A stretch of 64,000 nt of DNA, taken from assembly GCA_047967505.1 (NCBI GenBank), contig CM106538.1; one strand, given 5' to 3'. Each line of letters opens with the position of its first letter. The first letter of the stretch is position 1. The DNA is from Dipteris shenzhenensis. Taxonomy: Eukaryota. Positions 62,521 through 64,000 of the stretch are shown here, one piece after another. Made by a program: the position numbers and the translations under genes. The notes beneath the pieces are model-generated. The model did no database searches. It was not told where the DNA came from and saw only the letters and a program-made list of their open reading frames with translations.

Positions 62521-64000
62521 AAAAGGAGGAATCAGAAGTGGCTATCTTGGAGAGAATGGTAAATTGGAGAGCAATCATGGAGCCACATTCAAAAGGGCTA
62601 TGATGCGCATTAATAGGGCACACAAATCCACATTATTTTTTATTTAGCATGCATAACGATATTCCAGTCATGCGATGGAAGCACTACTCAGTGGATGGAG
62701 ATCATTTATGGAGTGAGCCATATGCTTTATTACAGAGAATAACTCTATTGGAGTGCTAGCACTTTTGACTTCTGTAAGAAGAGTAGGGTATTCTTAGTAT
62801 GTAAGGTTTCGAGGCTTTTTGTCACTTACAGATATATCGGTGTTGTCGTTTGTAGTATAAGTGTAGCTTAAGACCTTGAGTCATATTCCAGTGAGAGATG
62901 TAGGCTTAAGTATGGTAAGAAAACATAATGCATGCATGTGTGAAAGGAACGTGCATCATCATGGTTGGGGTAATGAAGGCTTTCGCCTTCATTAGGAGTT
63001 GAAGGGTTTAGGAGGATTTTAAGGGTTAGAGGGAGGTTCAAGGTTTAGAAGGAGGTTCCAAGGTTCAGAGAGAGGTTCCAAAATTTAGAATAGGTTAAAG
63101 GGTTAGAAGGATGATCCAAGGTTCAAAGTAGAGTACATGGTGGAGAACTCGTCTCCCTCGTAGATCATGGAGGTTAAGGGTTGAGGAACTAAGGGTTTAG
63201 GGGGAGCATAGGAGTGGGAGAGGAAGAAGGTGTAAGAGCATGGGGGGAAAGGAGAGAGAGGAAAAGGGAGGAGGAGGGAGGAGGAGGAGGAGGAGGAGAA
63301 GGGAGGAGGAGGAGGAGGAGGAGGGGGGGAGGAGGAGGAGAGGGAGAGGATGGGTTGCAAGGCTGGAGGAGAGGGGAGGAGGAGTTGCAAGGTTAGAGGA
63401 GAGGGGAGGAGGAGTTGCAAGGTTAGGACATGCTTTTGGACGTGGAGTGCAAGGAAGCATGGACACTTGAGACAATTTCTTGGAATACCAAAGTAGAACT
63501 CAACACAATGCCCCAAAGAGTGTGGGCTTCATTCCATTATGGTGTATTTATACAAGTTGCAGAGCTTGTCTCTCTACATGTAGGAATTGTAAGACATTCT
63601 CTCTCTACATGTAGAACTTGCATATAGAAGTTGCATGTAGGAGTTGCATGTAGAAGTCATATGTTGCATGTAGGAGTTGCATGTTGAATCGCATGTAGGA
63701 ATCATATGTAGGAGTTGCATGTAGAACTCGTATGTTGTTGCATGTTGCATGTAGGAGTTGCATGTTGAACTCGCATATAGGAATCGCATGTAGGACTTGC
63801 ATGAATAACATGCATATAGGAGTTGCAAGTAGAACTTTCATGTTGAGGATTCCTAAGAGAGATTACTCCTAGCCTTATGCAAGTACAAGCAGAGCTTTGC
63901 CATGACTCTATACACACATTAAATTGTACTACATAAGTCCATGTTGGCTCAGAGACAACATACTCCCGGATCCATTTTATTACCCGCCATCCTCAGGTTA
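62520..64000 (-). repeat. Dispersed repeat R, longest copy (13-bp minisatellite and GGA tract); runs off the window
   Basis: Reverse complement matches 22620-23446 and 33187-33325. The left boundary is inferred from where the upstream coding remnant stops. Confidence 0.8.

Overview
Repeat-dense plant nuclear DNA, probably from a fern (inferred from the style of the PLS-PPR motifs). There is one apparently intact host gene: a two-exon P-class chloroplast PPR gene resembling Arabidopsis EMB1006/At5g50280 (1802-4133, minus). Next to it lies a decayed PLS-class PPR pseudogene. The rest is nested transposon material: a Helitron tail, a complete 7.5-kb EnSpm/CACTA-type element with CACAA ends and two divergent genes, two copies of a 247-bp MITE with 8-bp TSDs, two decayed Gypsy regions, about seven Copia pieces (one with both LTRs, one apparently gag-only), L1 LINE fragments, two Sola-like DDD transposase remnants, and several mini- and microsatellites. 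The strongest structural observation is a ~6.6-kb inversion (~49,491-56,130). Reversing it in silico rejoins three separately broken elements, and the breakpoints carry an inverted 6-bp microhomology. All family assignments come from motif recognition by eye; no database searches were run.
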